Positions 1 to 9,954 of a stretch of DNA of 64,000 nucleotides are shown here, piece by piece. Origin of the DNA: Candidatus Cloacimonadales bacterium (GTDB taxonomy: Bacteria > Cloacimonadota > Cloacimonadia > Cloacimonadales > JAFGVF01); contig OY759729.1 in the NCBI GenBank assembly GCA_963662585.1, positions 2,336,001-2,400,000 of the forward strand. The letters are read 5' to 3'. Numbering within the stretch: the first letter of the stretch is position 1; the number at the start of each line of letters is the position of its first letter. The translations under genes and the position numbers were made by a program. A model generated the notes under the pieces. It was not told where the DNA came from. It made no database searches and worked only from the letters and a program-made list of their open reading frames with translations.

Positions 1-744
1 ATTAATCCAATACTAAGCACAAATCCCTATCACCCGCTAAAACCAGGACTACAATGGGTTCGTGGTGGAACTACTGAGGTAGGTTCCAGAGTAGTTCCTC
101 ATGAGATCATTACTACAATGACAGATGTAATCAGAATAATCCAAGGGGTACCAACTGTTGCAATGCTGGATGAATCTACAGATTCAGGAGAGATGTCTCA
201 AGTTAGTATTGATTATCTAGCCTTGGATAAAGATGGCAATGTGTGGATTTTAGGCGGATATTCTGAAGAATATGAAGGGGGTTTATACACAAACCTGGAT
301 GATGCCTGGCTTGGAGAAGGTAAAGGATCTGAGGTTGGTATTCTGATGCCTTCTGAGGTTACCATGGAAACACCTCGTTGGTTTGTAGGAAAATCTCCTG
401 GTGAAGCACCTACTGTAGCCGAACCAGTTGAGATAGGCATGACCCAATGTGTTGAATTCGACTGTTTTGATGATGTTTGGGTAATTCGAGAAGGTGAAGT
501 AGGAGCTATCGATAACGAGTTCAAATATTACGCTCCAGGTGTGGGTGTTATTTATAATGTACCCCAAGACGAAAGCTTGCATAAAGATTTCTTTGAATTA
601 TTGAACTTCGTTGAACTTAGTCCAGAAGGATTGGCAAAGGCTAGTCAAACTGTTTTGAAACTAGAAGAACATGCTCGTAAGAAAACAGCACGAAGAGTTT
701 TCGGTCCAGAGCCTGTTTCTAAGAGGGCTGAGAAAAATGAATAA
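1..744 (+). CDS. 5'-truncated hypothetical (probably secreted or lipo-) protein heading the ABC cluster
   Basis: The frame of ORF 118..744 is open back to base 1 (INPILSTNPYHPLKPGLQWVRGG...), so the true start lies upstream of the window. The stop overlaps the next gene. Confidence 0.75.
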   Translation: MNPILSTNPYHPLKPGLQWVRGGTTEVGSRVVPHEIITTMTDVIRIIQGVPTVAMLDESTDSGEMSQVSIDYLALDKDGNVWILGGYSEEYEGGLYTNLDDAWLGEGKGSEVGILMPSEVTMETPRWFVGKSPGEAPTVAEPVEIGMTQCVEFDCFDDVWVIREGEVGAIDNEFKYYAPGVGVIYNVPQDESLHKDFFELLNFVELSPEGLAKASQTVLKLEEHARKKTARRVFGPEPVSKRAEKNE

Positions 745-1408
745 CACTGTTGTAAGTCTGACAAGTGTCTCCCATTCGTATAAAACAGATAATGGAGTTA
801 TTCCAGTGCTTGAAAATGTGAATCTTACCATTCGACACGGAGAAAAAGTAAGCTTGGTTGGGCCTTCTGGATGTGGAAAATCAACTCTTCTGTCTCTAAT
901 TGCTGGACTTATTAAACCTTTTGAAGGAGATATCTGTATCGATGGTGATTTAATGAGTAAACTTAAGGATAAAGACCGTGCCCAAATTCGAGCTAAAAAA
1001 ATAGGGATTGCTCTCCAATCCGACAATCTTATACCCTTTCTTACTTCACTCGAAAATATCGAATTAGTTTTATCATATGGTAGATATGGGAATAAGCATG
1101 AAATAAGGAAACAAGCGGAACACCTGCTTAACAAGTTCGGATTATCTCACCGTTCTCAGCACCTTCCAAGACAATTATCTGGTGGTGAAGCACAACGCGT
1201 TGCTTTAGCAGCATCCGTAGCAAACAGCCCCTTGTTATTGTTGGCAGATGAATTCGGGGCTCAACTGGATGCAGGGACAGCTAAACAGGTTATAAGTGAA
1301 ATTTTACAAGAAGATTTTGCGGTATTGTTTGTAACTCATAATTTAGAACAAGCTCAATTAACTCCAAGCAGATATGAAATCAAAAATGGAAGGGTGGAAT
1401 TGATATGA
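737..1408 (+). CDS. ABC transporter ATP-binding protein (LolD/MacB-like)
   Basis: Walker A GPSGCGKS, signature LSGGE, Walker B LLLADE, H-loop VTH. Likely start is ATG 737, overlapping the upstream ORF. Confidence 0.92.
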   Translation: MNNTVVSLTSVSHSYKTDNGVIPVLENVNLTIRHGEKVSLVGPSGCGKSTLLSLIAGLIKPFEGDICIDGDLMSKLKDKDRAQIRAKKIGIALQSDNLIPFLTSLENIELVLSYGRYGNKHEIRKQAEHLLNKFGLSHRSQHLPRQLSGGEAQRVALAASVANSPLLLLADEFGAQLDAGTAKQVISEILQEDFAVLFVTHNLEQAQLTPSRYEIKNGRVELI

Positions 1409-2103
1409 ATAGAAAGAAATCAATCTCAGCTAAGAATGTAGTTGTTGAATATAAAACATCAGAAGGTACTATTCGAGCTTTGGAATGCAAAGACTTGTAT
1501 GTACAAAGCACTTCAAGCGTTGCAGTGATGGGATCGAGTGGCTGTGGAAAATCGACTCTTCTAGGTTTGTTGGCTGGTATAGCAATACCTACACATGGTA
1601 GCATTAGAATTGGTGATGTAGAGTTATCTTCTCTTAGCGAAAAACAAAGAACAAGTTTTAGGAGAGATAATCTCGGAATGGTATATCAAGCAGATAATCT
1701 ATTACCCTTTTTAACAGTTGAAGAGAATATTAGATTAAGCCTTGGTATTTCAGAATCAAATACCAAAAACACAAGTAATCGTTTACATGATCTTCTTGAT
1801 CAACTGGGCTTATCAGGACTTGAAAAACGACTTCCAGATCAGATGTCTGGTGGACAAAGGCAAAGAGTGGCAATTGCCAGGGCTGTATTTCATGAACCAA
1901 AAATTATACTTGCAGATGAACCAACAGGGGCACTTGACGAACTAAATGCACAAAAGGTTATTAATATTCTCAGCAGGTTACAGCATGAGATTGGGGCTAC
2001 ACTTGTTGTTGTAACTCATGATCCCAAAATAGCTAAACTGCTGGATACAACTATATATATTAAATCACCTGAAAGAAAAATAAAAGAGGACCTCTATGTT
2101 TAA
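1405..2103 (+). CDS. ABC transporter ATP-binding protein (LolD/MacB-like)
   Basis: GSSGCGKS, MSGGQ, ILADEPTGALD, VTHD; ATGA overlap with the previous gene. Confidence 0.93.
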   Translation: MNRKKSISAKNVVVEYKTSEGTIRALECKDLYVQSTSSVAVMGSSGCGKSTLLGLLAGIAIPTHGSIRIGDVELSSLSEKQRTSFRRDNLGMVYQADNLLPFLTVEENIRLSLGISESNTKNTSNRLHDLLDQLGLSGLEKRLPDQMSGGQRQRVAIARAVFHEPKIILADEPTGALDELNAQKVINILSRLQHEIGATLVVVTHDPKIAKLLDTTIYIKSPERKIKEDLYV

Positions 2104-5100
2104 AAGATATGTACTATTAGACCTGATAAGAAATCCGAGAAGAACTCTTTCAACATTAACAGGAGTTATGCTAGGTGTTGGCCTCCTATGCGGTGTGCTG
2201 TTTTTTGTAGATGGTCTTTCAACATCAATGACACAAAGATCTGTAGCACCTTTAGCTATCGATATGCAAAGAATCATCAGTAAACATATTGGCAGCTTTG
2301 TATCTCTCACTCAAACTATCGCTTATGTGGACAGCGTTAATACACCAGATATAGTTGAAATAACACTCAAACTTAAAAATGAAGGTAATTTTATTGCAAA
2401 TGATGTAACTGTTCGTTCTCGTCTGAAAAAGGAACTTATATTTATTAAGGGATCAGCAGAAATAGATGGGAAACCCTTAGATAAATTTGAGGATAATCCT
2501 TTTGCTCATGGTTTGGGAAGAACTGGATATAATCTTGGTTCAGTAAAACCTGGAGAAGCTCATTTTCTTAGCTACAGAGCAAAAGCTGAAAATAATGCTG
2601 AAATTGAGAAAAATCTAATTACCACTTTCTCCACCCGAGAATCTTTAATGCCAGTAAAGGCAAATAAACCTCAACAAGTACCACTCTCAGAACTATCGGA
2701 TATAATCAGTAAGATTGAAGGAGTGAAACTTGCCGAGCAGCTTTCTTATGCAGATCTTGGATATGATAAGATTACCTTCAAAAATAACTCTTCACCTGGA
2801 ATGACCAGGATATTTGGGTTGAATAACAGTTATGCAAAGCACGATGAAACAATTTCAATAACAAGTGGTGAACTTATCGATAATGGAGCAGTGCTAAGTA
2901 TTGAAGCTTCAAGAATTATCAAAGCATCAATTGGAGACTCAATTATAATAAGTCTTCCAGACAGCTCTTTTCATAAAATTATGGTTACGGGGATTGCTGA
3001 TTTAAGTCGTTCTCGAGCTCTTTTTAACAGCCGTCGAGGTGCAGACCTTGAGGAATTCTTATATATTCCAAGCTCTTTGATCATAACTTCAAAATACTTC
3101 GAAGAAATTGTTTTTCCAGCTTATCAGTCTGCAGCAAGTGAAAACGAAGATCGTTTGAAAAATCCACCTGTTCGGGAAATAGATATCTGGCTTGATCATG
3201 CTCTCTTAAATGGCTCTCCTGAAATTGCATTAACTGAAACCAAACAAATAAACAGTAGAATAAAAGAAGTAGCTGCTCATCAAGATTATGTTCTTGATAA
3301 CATCTCCAATACTCTGGAAGTAGCAGTTGCAGATGCACACACTGCAAAAAAGCTTTTCTTCTTCTTAGGAATTCCAGGAGGATTTCTAGCAGCAATGCTT
3401 GCAGCTTATGCCGCTAATGTTCTAGCGTCAGCCCAGCGTCGGGAACAAGCAACTCTCAGGGTTAGAGGTGCTTCCGGGTCATATTTATTTAAGATGCTGG
3501 CATTAAGAACTTTTCTTATCACAACTATTGGAACAATTTTTGGATTATTATTAGGTTTTGTTATATCCAGTGCCATTCTGGGATATGACTCAATGCTGAA
3601 TGCTGGTTTCTTAAGGCTTTCGATTTCAGGATTGCTGGGAACAATGGGAGGCTTTCTAGCTACTGGAATTTCATTGTATTTGACGGGGCATGTTTCTATT
3701 GTCAGACAAATTAATGAAGAACGAGCTAGATTATCTGAACGAACTCCTTACTGGCGCAGGTTAAACCTGGACATATTCAGTTTTGCAATTCTTGTAATAG
3801 GAACTGCAATTGCTTTATTAACGAACTCCTTTGAAGGTTCTAGTGGATCTGTCTATTTTGGCAAAGGTGTAGATCTGAATCTTATTATGTTGGTTTTTCC
3901 TGTCATGTTGTGGTTCTCAGGAAGCTATCTTTTTGCTCGCTTTTTAGTAATTTTTCTATCTAATCTTAGAAGAAAACAAAGAATTGGTATCCTAAAACCA
4001 TGGCCAGGAGTTTTTTGGCTCAGCATAAACCGCAGACCCTGGCCCATTGCATATGGCTCCATAATCATTTCTCTAATTGTTGCTCTTTCGGTTAGCTTAT
4101 CTGGGTTCACTGCTTCATACAACAGAGCAAAAAAAAATGATGCTCTTTATGCTGCAGGATCAGACATCAGAATTATTCCTGATCCAACATCAATGAATAA
4201 AATGCAGATATCCGACACACATAAACTGAAAGTTGATGGTATCAAAGAAGTGACTCCTGTTTACTACAGTGTTCAGAATGTCATTATCAGAAGCAATCGA
4301 ACATCAGATCCTGCAAATATGCTGGCTGTAGATCCTGATTCTTTTGGTAAAGTTGCACCATTGTATGATCTTGATTTCAATGACATTACTGCTGAACAAT
4401 CTCTTAACATTTTAAAAAACGAACAAGAATCTGTATTCCTGAGTGATGATATGGCCGATTTCCTGCAGGCTGAAGTAGGAGATACTTTACATGTTCTTCT
4501 TGAGAGAGGTTCAAACAAGCAAACTGAGATAATGCAAATCATTAAAGGTACCTTTAAGCGACTTCCAGGTTGTCCTGATGGTGCACATGCATTCATGTCA
4601 ATTCATGTATATTCAGAAAAAATTCCAGAAAAAGCTCCTGATTTCTTTCTCGCATCAGTGCAAAACGATCAGGTTGAGAATTTTGCAAGTATTGAGAAAG
4701 ATTTAGAAAATTCAGTTGGTAAGTTTTTCGAATATAGATTGGAAAGCAAGTATACTGTTCTATCTAAAGATCAATCAAGTCTCGCAGCATTAAACATTGC
4801 TGGTCTGGTTAAATTAGACTCCATCTTTGCCTTTGTTATGGCAATAGTAACGATTGGTATATTTGTCTTTGGTCTACTGTTCCAAAGAAGAAGAGAATAC
4901 ATCACCTTGAAAGCACAAGGGCTCAAACCTAACATCATCAGGTCATTAATAGCTGCAGAGGCTAGCAGCGTTGCTTTAGGTGGTAGCATTTCAGGTATTC
5001 TTGTAGGTATTACAATGGGCTTTTACTTTGTAAAAGTATTACAACCTTTATTCGTTCATGTTCCAGTATATGTAATATCTATACAATCTATTTTTCTTCC

Positions 5101-5197
5101 AATTTCACTTGTTTTTATTGGAACTGTAATCTCTTCATATACTGGTTCAAGACAAATAAACTCACTCAATCCAATGGAACTATTACGAGATGAATAA
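2096..5197 (+). CDS. FtsX/MacB-type ABC permease (duplicated, 1033 aa)
   Basis: N-terminal TM helix, large periplasmic domains, two QRRRE-x-TL motifs each followed by TM clusters, C-terminal NPMELLRDE. Confidence 0.9.
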   Translation: MFKRYVLLDLIRNPRRTLSTLTGVMLGVGLLCGVLFFVDGLSTSMTQRSVAPLAIDMQRIISKHIGSFVSLTQTIAYVDSVNTPDIVEITLKLKNEGNFIANDVTVRSRLKKELIFIKGSAEIDGKPLDKFEDNPFAHGLGRTGYNLGSVKPGEAHFLSYRAKAENNAEIEKNLITTFSTRESLMPVKANKPQQVPLSELSDIISKIEGVKLAEQLSYADLGYDKITFKNNSSPGMTRIFGLNNSYAKHDETISITSGELIDNGAVLSIEASRIIKASIGDSIIISLPDSSFHKIMVTGIADLSRSRALFNSRRGADLEEFLYIPSSLIITSKYFEEIVFPAYQSAASENEDRLKNPPVREIDIWLDHALLNGSPEIALTETKQINSRIKEVAAHQDYVLDNISNTLEVAVADAHTAKKLFFFLGIPGGFLAAMLAAYAANVLASAQRREQATLRVRGASGSYLFKMLALRTFLITTIGTIFGLLLGFVISSAILGYDSMLNAGFLRLSISGLLGTMGGFLATGISLYLTGHVSIVRQINEERARLSERTPYWRRLNLDIFSFAILVIGTAIALLTNSFEGSSGSVYFGKGVDLNLIMLVFPVMLWFSGSYLFARFLVIFLSNLRRKQRIGILKPWPGVFWLSINRRPWPIAYGSIIISLIVALSVSLSGFTASYNRAKKNDALYAAGSDIRIIPDPTSMNKMQISDTHKLKVDGIKEVTPVYYSVQNVIIRSNRTSDPANMLAVDPDSFGKVAPLYDLDFNDITAEQSLNILKNEQESVFLSDDMADFLQAEVGDTLHVLLERGSNKQTEIMQIIKGTFKRLPGCPDGAHAFMSIHVYSEKIPEKAPDFFLASVQNDQVENFASIEKDLENSVGKFFEYRLESKYTVLSKDQSSLAALNIAGLVKLDSIFAFVMAIVTIGIFVFGLLFQRRREYITLKAQGLKPNIIRSLIAAEASSVALGGSISGILVGITMGFYFVKVLQPLFVHVPVYVISIQSIFLPISLVFIGTVISSYTGSRQINSLNPMELLRDE

Positions 5198-5236
5198 AAA
5201 AATATTTATGGAAAACTAAATAAATTAGGAGGATAG

Positions 5237-5935
5237 ATGAAAAATCTAAAAAAAATATTGTTAATGGAAGTTGTTGAAAAACATATCATTATGCTAGTGA
5301 TTATTGTTTTAGCTTTCGGTTCGCTACAGGCTCAAATGAAACCAGAAATCCTTTTGAACATTGAAACTTCTGGGAATGAGATTTTAAGTGATGATTACGA
5401 ATATGGCATTTCACCCCAGTTAATTTTTGAATGGGAATCAATTAATCTTTTAGCTGAGACAAAATGGTATTTACCTTTACATCCTGAATCTAATCTTGGA
5501 GAAGCAGAACTGAATGTGGAACATGTTTTGCATTCCAAAATATGGTGGTTAGATTTTAAGCTGGGTAATACAAATTTGTGGATCTTTGAAGATAGTGAAC
5601 TTGAAGGAGTCGCTTTTTTCAATCCAATAATGTATATATCCAATATAGAATTTGAATTAGGCTTTGAAACTCAGTATATGCCAGATTTAGCCGTCAAGTT
5701 TGCTCCTTCTATCGTTTATGAATTTGCCCTACCTCGTGGAATAGCAGAAATTGGAGTAGGTCAGACTATTGTTCTATATGATGAATTTGCAAGAGGGGAA
5801 ACAGAATTTCCTATTACCTACGAATTTGATGCGGGAGAAAATTCTACCCTAGGATTTGAATTTACTCCATTAATCACTGAAGATAACGAGTTTAATCTTA
5901 ATATCATGCTCAAAGCTGAAATATCTTTTGATTAA
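5237..5935 (+). CDS. hypothetical protein, probable outer-membrane beta-barrel
   Basis: AGGAGG RBS, signal-like segment, alternating beta-strand pattern, ends in ISFD. Confidence 0.65.
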   Translation: MKNLKKILLMEVVEKHIIMLVIIVLAFGSLQAQMKPEILLNIETSGNEILSDDYEYGISPQLIFEWESINLLAETKWYLPLHPESNLGEAELNVEHVLHSKIWWLDFKLGNTNLWIFEDSELEGVAFFNPIMYISNIEFELGFETQYMPDLAVKFAPSIVYEFALPRGIAEIGVGQTIVLYDEFARGETEFPITYEFDAGENSTLGFEFTPLITEDNEFNLNIMLKAEISFD

Positions 5936-6032
5936 AAGTTCGGACTAATAAAGCTTTAATGATAACATAAGATAGAACTATATGAAGTGGATCAAGAACT
6001 ATAGAAAAAATTAAAAAAAGAATGGAGGAGAC

Positions 6033-6785
6033 ATGTGTTTACAAAGAGAACTTGAAAAACAAGGCAACTGGCTTTTTACTTACAGAAGTTATTTGCCGAT
6101 ATTAATATTAGCTGTAGGTATTGTCATATATTTTAGAAATTATATTCACCTTGAGATGTTTAGTAGTAAAATTGTGATATATAAGTCATTTTATGCATAC
6201 TTATGCCTCTTCCTTAGTCTTTCAGGTGTTTTTGTTAGAGTATATACAGTAGGCTATACACCCAAAGGGACTTCTGGTAGAAACATAAAAAAACAAGTAG
6301 CACAAAGCTTGAATATGACAGGGATATATTCAGTGGTTCGTCACCCTTTATATTTGGGTAATTTTTTAATCTACCTTGGTATTTGTTTATTAATTGGACA
6401 TTTATGGTTCGTCATTATATTTTGCTTGCTGTTTTGGATCTACTACGAAAGGATCATGTATGCCGAGGAGCAGTTTTTATTTCGTAAATTCGGAAAGAAT
6501 TTTACGAATTGGTCTGCAGAAACTCCAGCTTTTATCCCAAGATTTAAATCATTTGTAAAACCAGCACAATCATTTAGCTGGAAAAAGGTCCTAAGAAAAG
6601 AAGCTGATGGTATTTTTGCCTTATCCTGTATTTTTTACTTTTTCAATATTGGAAGAGAGATAATTGAGAATAACGGTCATTTTAACTTGATTCTTGGATT
6701 TATGTTTCTATTTATTACTATAGGATACATTTTTACAAAGTATTTAAAGAAAAAGACCCGTTTTCTTAATGAAGTGGAGAAATAG
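6033..6785 (+). CDS. membrane methyltransferase of the ICMT/PEMT family, LmtA-like (lipid A phosphate methyltransferase)
   Basis: LQRELEKQGNWLFTYRSYLP N-terminus, GTSGRN, GIYSVVRHPLYLGNF and YERIMYAEEQFL motifs. Confidence 0.75.
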   Translation: MCLQRELEKQGNWLFTYRSYLPILILAVGIVIYFRNYIHLEMFSSKIVIYKSFYAYLCLFLSLSGVFVRVYTVGYTPKGTSGRNIKKQVAQSLNMTGIYSVVRHPLYLGNFLIYLGICLLIGHLWFVIIFCLLFWIYYERIMYAEEQFLFRKFGKNFTNWSAETPAFIPRFKSFVKPAQSFSWKKVLRKEADGIFALSCIFYFFNIGREIIENNGHFNLILGFMFLFITIGYIFTKYLKKKTRFLNEVEK

Positions 6786-6868
6786 CCTGTTATAATGATA
6801 GTAGAAGCTTAAATTCTACTTACCAAATTCGCTTGAAATATGTGTAATTTAGAGAGAGGAAGATTTAA

Positions 6869-7540
6869 ATGAGAATTTTATTGGTCGAGGATGATAAAAA
6901 AATTGCTGGTTTTATTACCAAAGGTCTTCAGGAAGAAAACTATGCAGTAGATATTTTTCACAATGGAGAAGACGGTCTATATTGGGCTCTAGTAAATGAA
7001 TATGACTTGATTATTTTAGATATAATGCTGCCTCAGATGAATGGTTTAGAAATCTGTCGGGAAATCAGACGCAATCAAAAAAACACACCAATTATTATTT
7101 TAACAGCAAAAGGGTCTATTGAAGATAAGGTTAAAGGCTTGAGGATTGGGGCAGATGATTACTTGAGTAAACCATTTTCATTTGATGAATTATTAGCTCG
7201 TATTCAAGCTTTGTTAAGAAGATCGCAGGAATATCAGTCTCAAATTTTAATTGCAGCAGATTTAGAACTTGATGTCGGCTCACGAAGAGTCTCCCGATCA
7301 GGGAAAGAGATAATCCTATCAGGTAGAGAGTACGGTCTCTTGGAATTTTTGATGAGGAATAAGAATAAAGTCGTAACTGAAACTCAGATAATTGAACATG
7401 TCTGGGATATGAATTCTGAGTTGTTTACGAATGTCGTAAATGTATATATCCACCATCTACGAAAAAAAATAGATGAGGAAAGCTCTCAGAAGTTAATCTA
7501 TACGCTGCGCGGTCGAGGATATATTTTAAAGGATGAATAA
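6869..7540 (+). CDS. OmpR-family response regulator (CusR/CzcR-like)
   Basis: MRILLVEDD, DLIILDIMLP, GADDYLSKPF; winged helix ending in TLRGRGY. Confidence 0.95.
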   Translation: MRILLVEDDKKIAGFITKGLQEENYAVDIFHNGEDGLYWALVNEYDLIILDIMLPQMNGLEICREIRRNQKNTPIIILTAKGSIEDKVKGLRIGADDYLSKPFSFDELLARIQALLRRSQEYQSQILIAADLELDVGSRRVSRSGKEIILSGREYGLLEFLMRNKNKVVTETQIIEHVWDMNSELFTNVVNVYIHHLRKKIDEESSQKLIYTLRGRGYILKDE

Positions 7541-7546
7541 ACCACT

Positions 7547-9010
7547 ATGATTAATCATTCAATTCGTACTCGTTTAACAATATATTTCGCTTCAATAGTT
7601 GCAATAATTCTTCTTCTGTTTGATCTTCTAATCATATTGAGTTTTAGGGACAATCTATTAGATAATATTGAATCTTCACTATTAAGCAGTTGTTCGGTTA
7701 TTACAGGAGAGATTTTTAAGCAGGATATATCAGGGAAACTCATTGAAGAAGATAGTGAATATGAAGATGAAATATCTAAGATCTCCGAGCTTTTCCCTGT
7801 GGAAATAGCAGAATTAATAGAATCAATGGGGCATTTCGCACAGCTACTCGATGTTCAGAATCCTGCGAAACCTGTTATCATTGCCAGAGCACATTTGAAT
7901 GAAAATATTAATATACCATATAACCCAGAGTTGGTGCAGAAAATTATAGGAAGCAAATCATCCAAGGATAAATATTTCTTCAAAAAATCACAGGAATTAA
8001 TGCTGGTCAACCTCTACATTTTGGATCATCTGGGAAATAAATTTGTATTACAAATTGCAGAAACCACCGTTAATTTTAAAAATGATTTAAAGTGGATTTT
8101 TACAAGTTTATTGATAGCTTCACCACTTTTTTTACTCATCCTTTCCATATTTGGGTATTTTATGATAAAAACTGCCTTCAAGCCTGTCACCAATATTGTG
8201 GAAGATGTAAATAAGATTACAGCCAAAGATCTTAGTTTACGGATAAAATCAATGAGCGGAAAAGATGAGATTGGGAAATTAATTGATACTTTCAATAATC
8301 TTATTGAACGCTTAGAAAGATCATTCAATTTAACAAAACAGTTTTCTATTGATGTATCCCACGAGCTCAAAACACCCTTAACCGTTTTAAGAGGAGAGAT
8401 AGAGGTGATCCTGCGTCACTCTAGGTCGAAGGAAGAATATGTAAGAACATTAAATAGCCTAGTAGAAGAAGTGATCAAATTGCAGGCAATCATTGATAAT
8501 CTGCTTCTTCTGGCAAACCTGGATGCATCCCGCAGACTGCCAGAATTTGAAGATGTAGATCTGAATGAACTTATATTAGAAACATTTGAAGATCTGCATT
8601 GGCTTGCTACCCAGAAAAATCAGAATATTGAGATTAGAGAAATACCTTCTATCAGCATTCATGGAGATAAGACGCTTCTCATCAGGCTATTCAGCAATAT
8701 TCTGGAAAATGCAATTAAATATTCTCCCAGAAACGGAAAAATCAGGATTTTCTGTAATATATCAAAAGACTCCATGGAAATCAATGTGCAAGATAGCGGA
8801 CCCGGAATAAGCAAAGAATATCATACCAAAATTTTTGAGAGGTTTTTCCGTATCGATGATTTATATGAGCCCACCAAATCCAAAAGCTCTGGCTTAGGGC
8901 TAGCTTTAGCAAAGAAGATAGCTGACCTGCATAATATTACCATCAAACTGAAAAATTCATCTCCTCAGGGCTGCATTTTTTCTTTATCAGCTCCTTTTAA
9001 ATATGATTAA
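7547..9010 (+). CDS. HAMP-domain sensor histidine kinase
   Basis: Two TM helices, HAMP (DEIGKLIDTFN), H-box SHELKTPL, N-box ENAIKYS, DSGPG and SGLGL. Confidence 0.95.
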   Translation: MINHSIRTRLTIYFASIVAIILLLFDLLIILSFRDNLLDNIESSLLSSCSVITGEIFKQDISGKLIEEDSEYEDEISKISELFPVEIAELIESMGHFAQLLDVQNPAKPVIIARAHLNENINIPYNPELVQKIIGSKSSKDKYFFKKSQELMLVNLYILDHLGNKFVLQIAETTVNFKNDLKWIFTSLLIASPLFLLILSIFGYFMIKTAFKPVTNIVEDVNKITAKDLSLRIKSMSGKDEIGKLIDTFNNLIERLERSFNLTKQFSIDVSHELKTPLTVLRGEIEVILRHSRSKEEYVRTLNSLVEEVIKLQAIIDNLLLLANLDASRRLPEFEDVDLNELILETFEDLHWLATQKNQNIEIREIPSISIHGDKTLLIRLFSNILENAIKYSPRNGKIRIFCNISKDSMEINVQDSGPGISKEYHTKIFERFFRIDDLYEPTKSKSSGLGLALAKKIADLHNITIKLKNSSPQGCIFSLSAPFKYD

Positions 9011-9954
9011 GAAACTTTAATATAAATATATGATGAAATTTTCATTTTAACGCTTTTATAACAATAATATAGCTTTGTTATCAAATTATACTAAACATAA
9101 TATTAATAATATATCTGTTATTGTTAATAGAATTTTAGAAATAAGTATTTTAATAGTAAGTGTTTGAGTAGAATAGGGACAGTATAACCATGTCTCTATT
9201 TGAAATGTAAAAAGTTGGCATACCCCCATTTTTTTATGAAAAAATGATCCGTAGTTGTAGCTTGTTATGATATTCCCTCTTGTGTGGTAAATTTTATTCA
9301 TTTTAGTGTTATTAAATATAGTTTTATAATTCTACTCAGTTTTAACAGGATTTTTATTTATAGTCGTCTCTTTCACAACTTACACTTCCTTAGCTTGGAA
9401 GAGAGAAAAAAAGATAGAGACTTTTAGTATAGCAAATTACCAAGGTCTCGCTCCCTGCTCAGATCAACAATCTAAAACCGATGTCTCACTTGAGACGGCG
9501 AGATCTCGGTGGCTTTTTTCGAATCCCAAACCCACAACTAGCTACTAAGATAAAGACATACAGTAGAATAGCATCATGACTATGTCCCCAAATAACCTTT
9601 AAAACTAGCAGAGAAATTGTAAAAAATACCTGCAAAAGCTGTTAAATAGGAAATTTTGAGACATCGGTTGAGACAGCGTGTAAATAACTAATAAATAGCA
9701 CTTTATAAGAAGCTCCTATAGATATCTCACATGGAAAACTTGGCTGTCACTTTTTATCCACTTTTATTCATGATTTTAATTTTGATACATTATTGAGAAT
9801 TTTCCCATTACAGAGGCTTTTTAAGAGAAAAAAGTTCTTGCATAATTAAGCAAATCACAGTTAACCTATTTTTATTATTTGCCAAATAGCTTGATAGCTT
9901 TATACTAATTAATATGAAGTTAAAAAAAATTAATCTGTGTTTCGGGAGGAACGA

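Noticed and set aside
9086..9301. 71-aa minus-strand ORF
   Set aside because: No recognisable motif or RBS; likely spurious or a decayed fragment.
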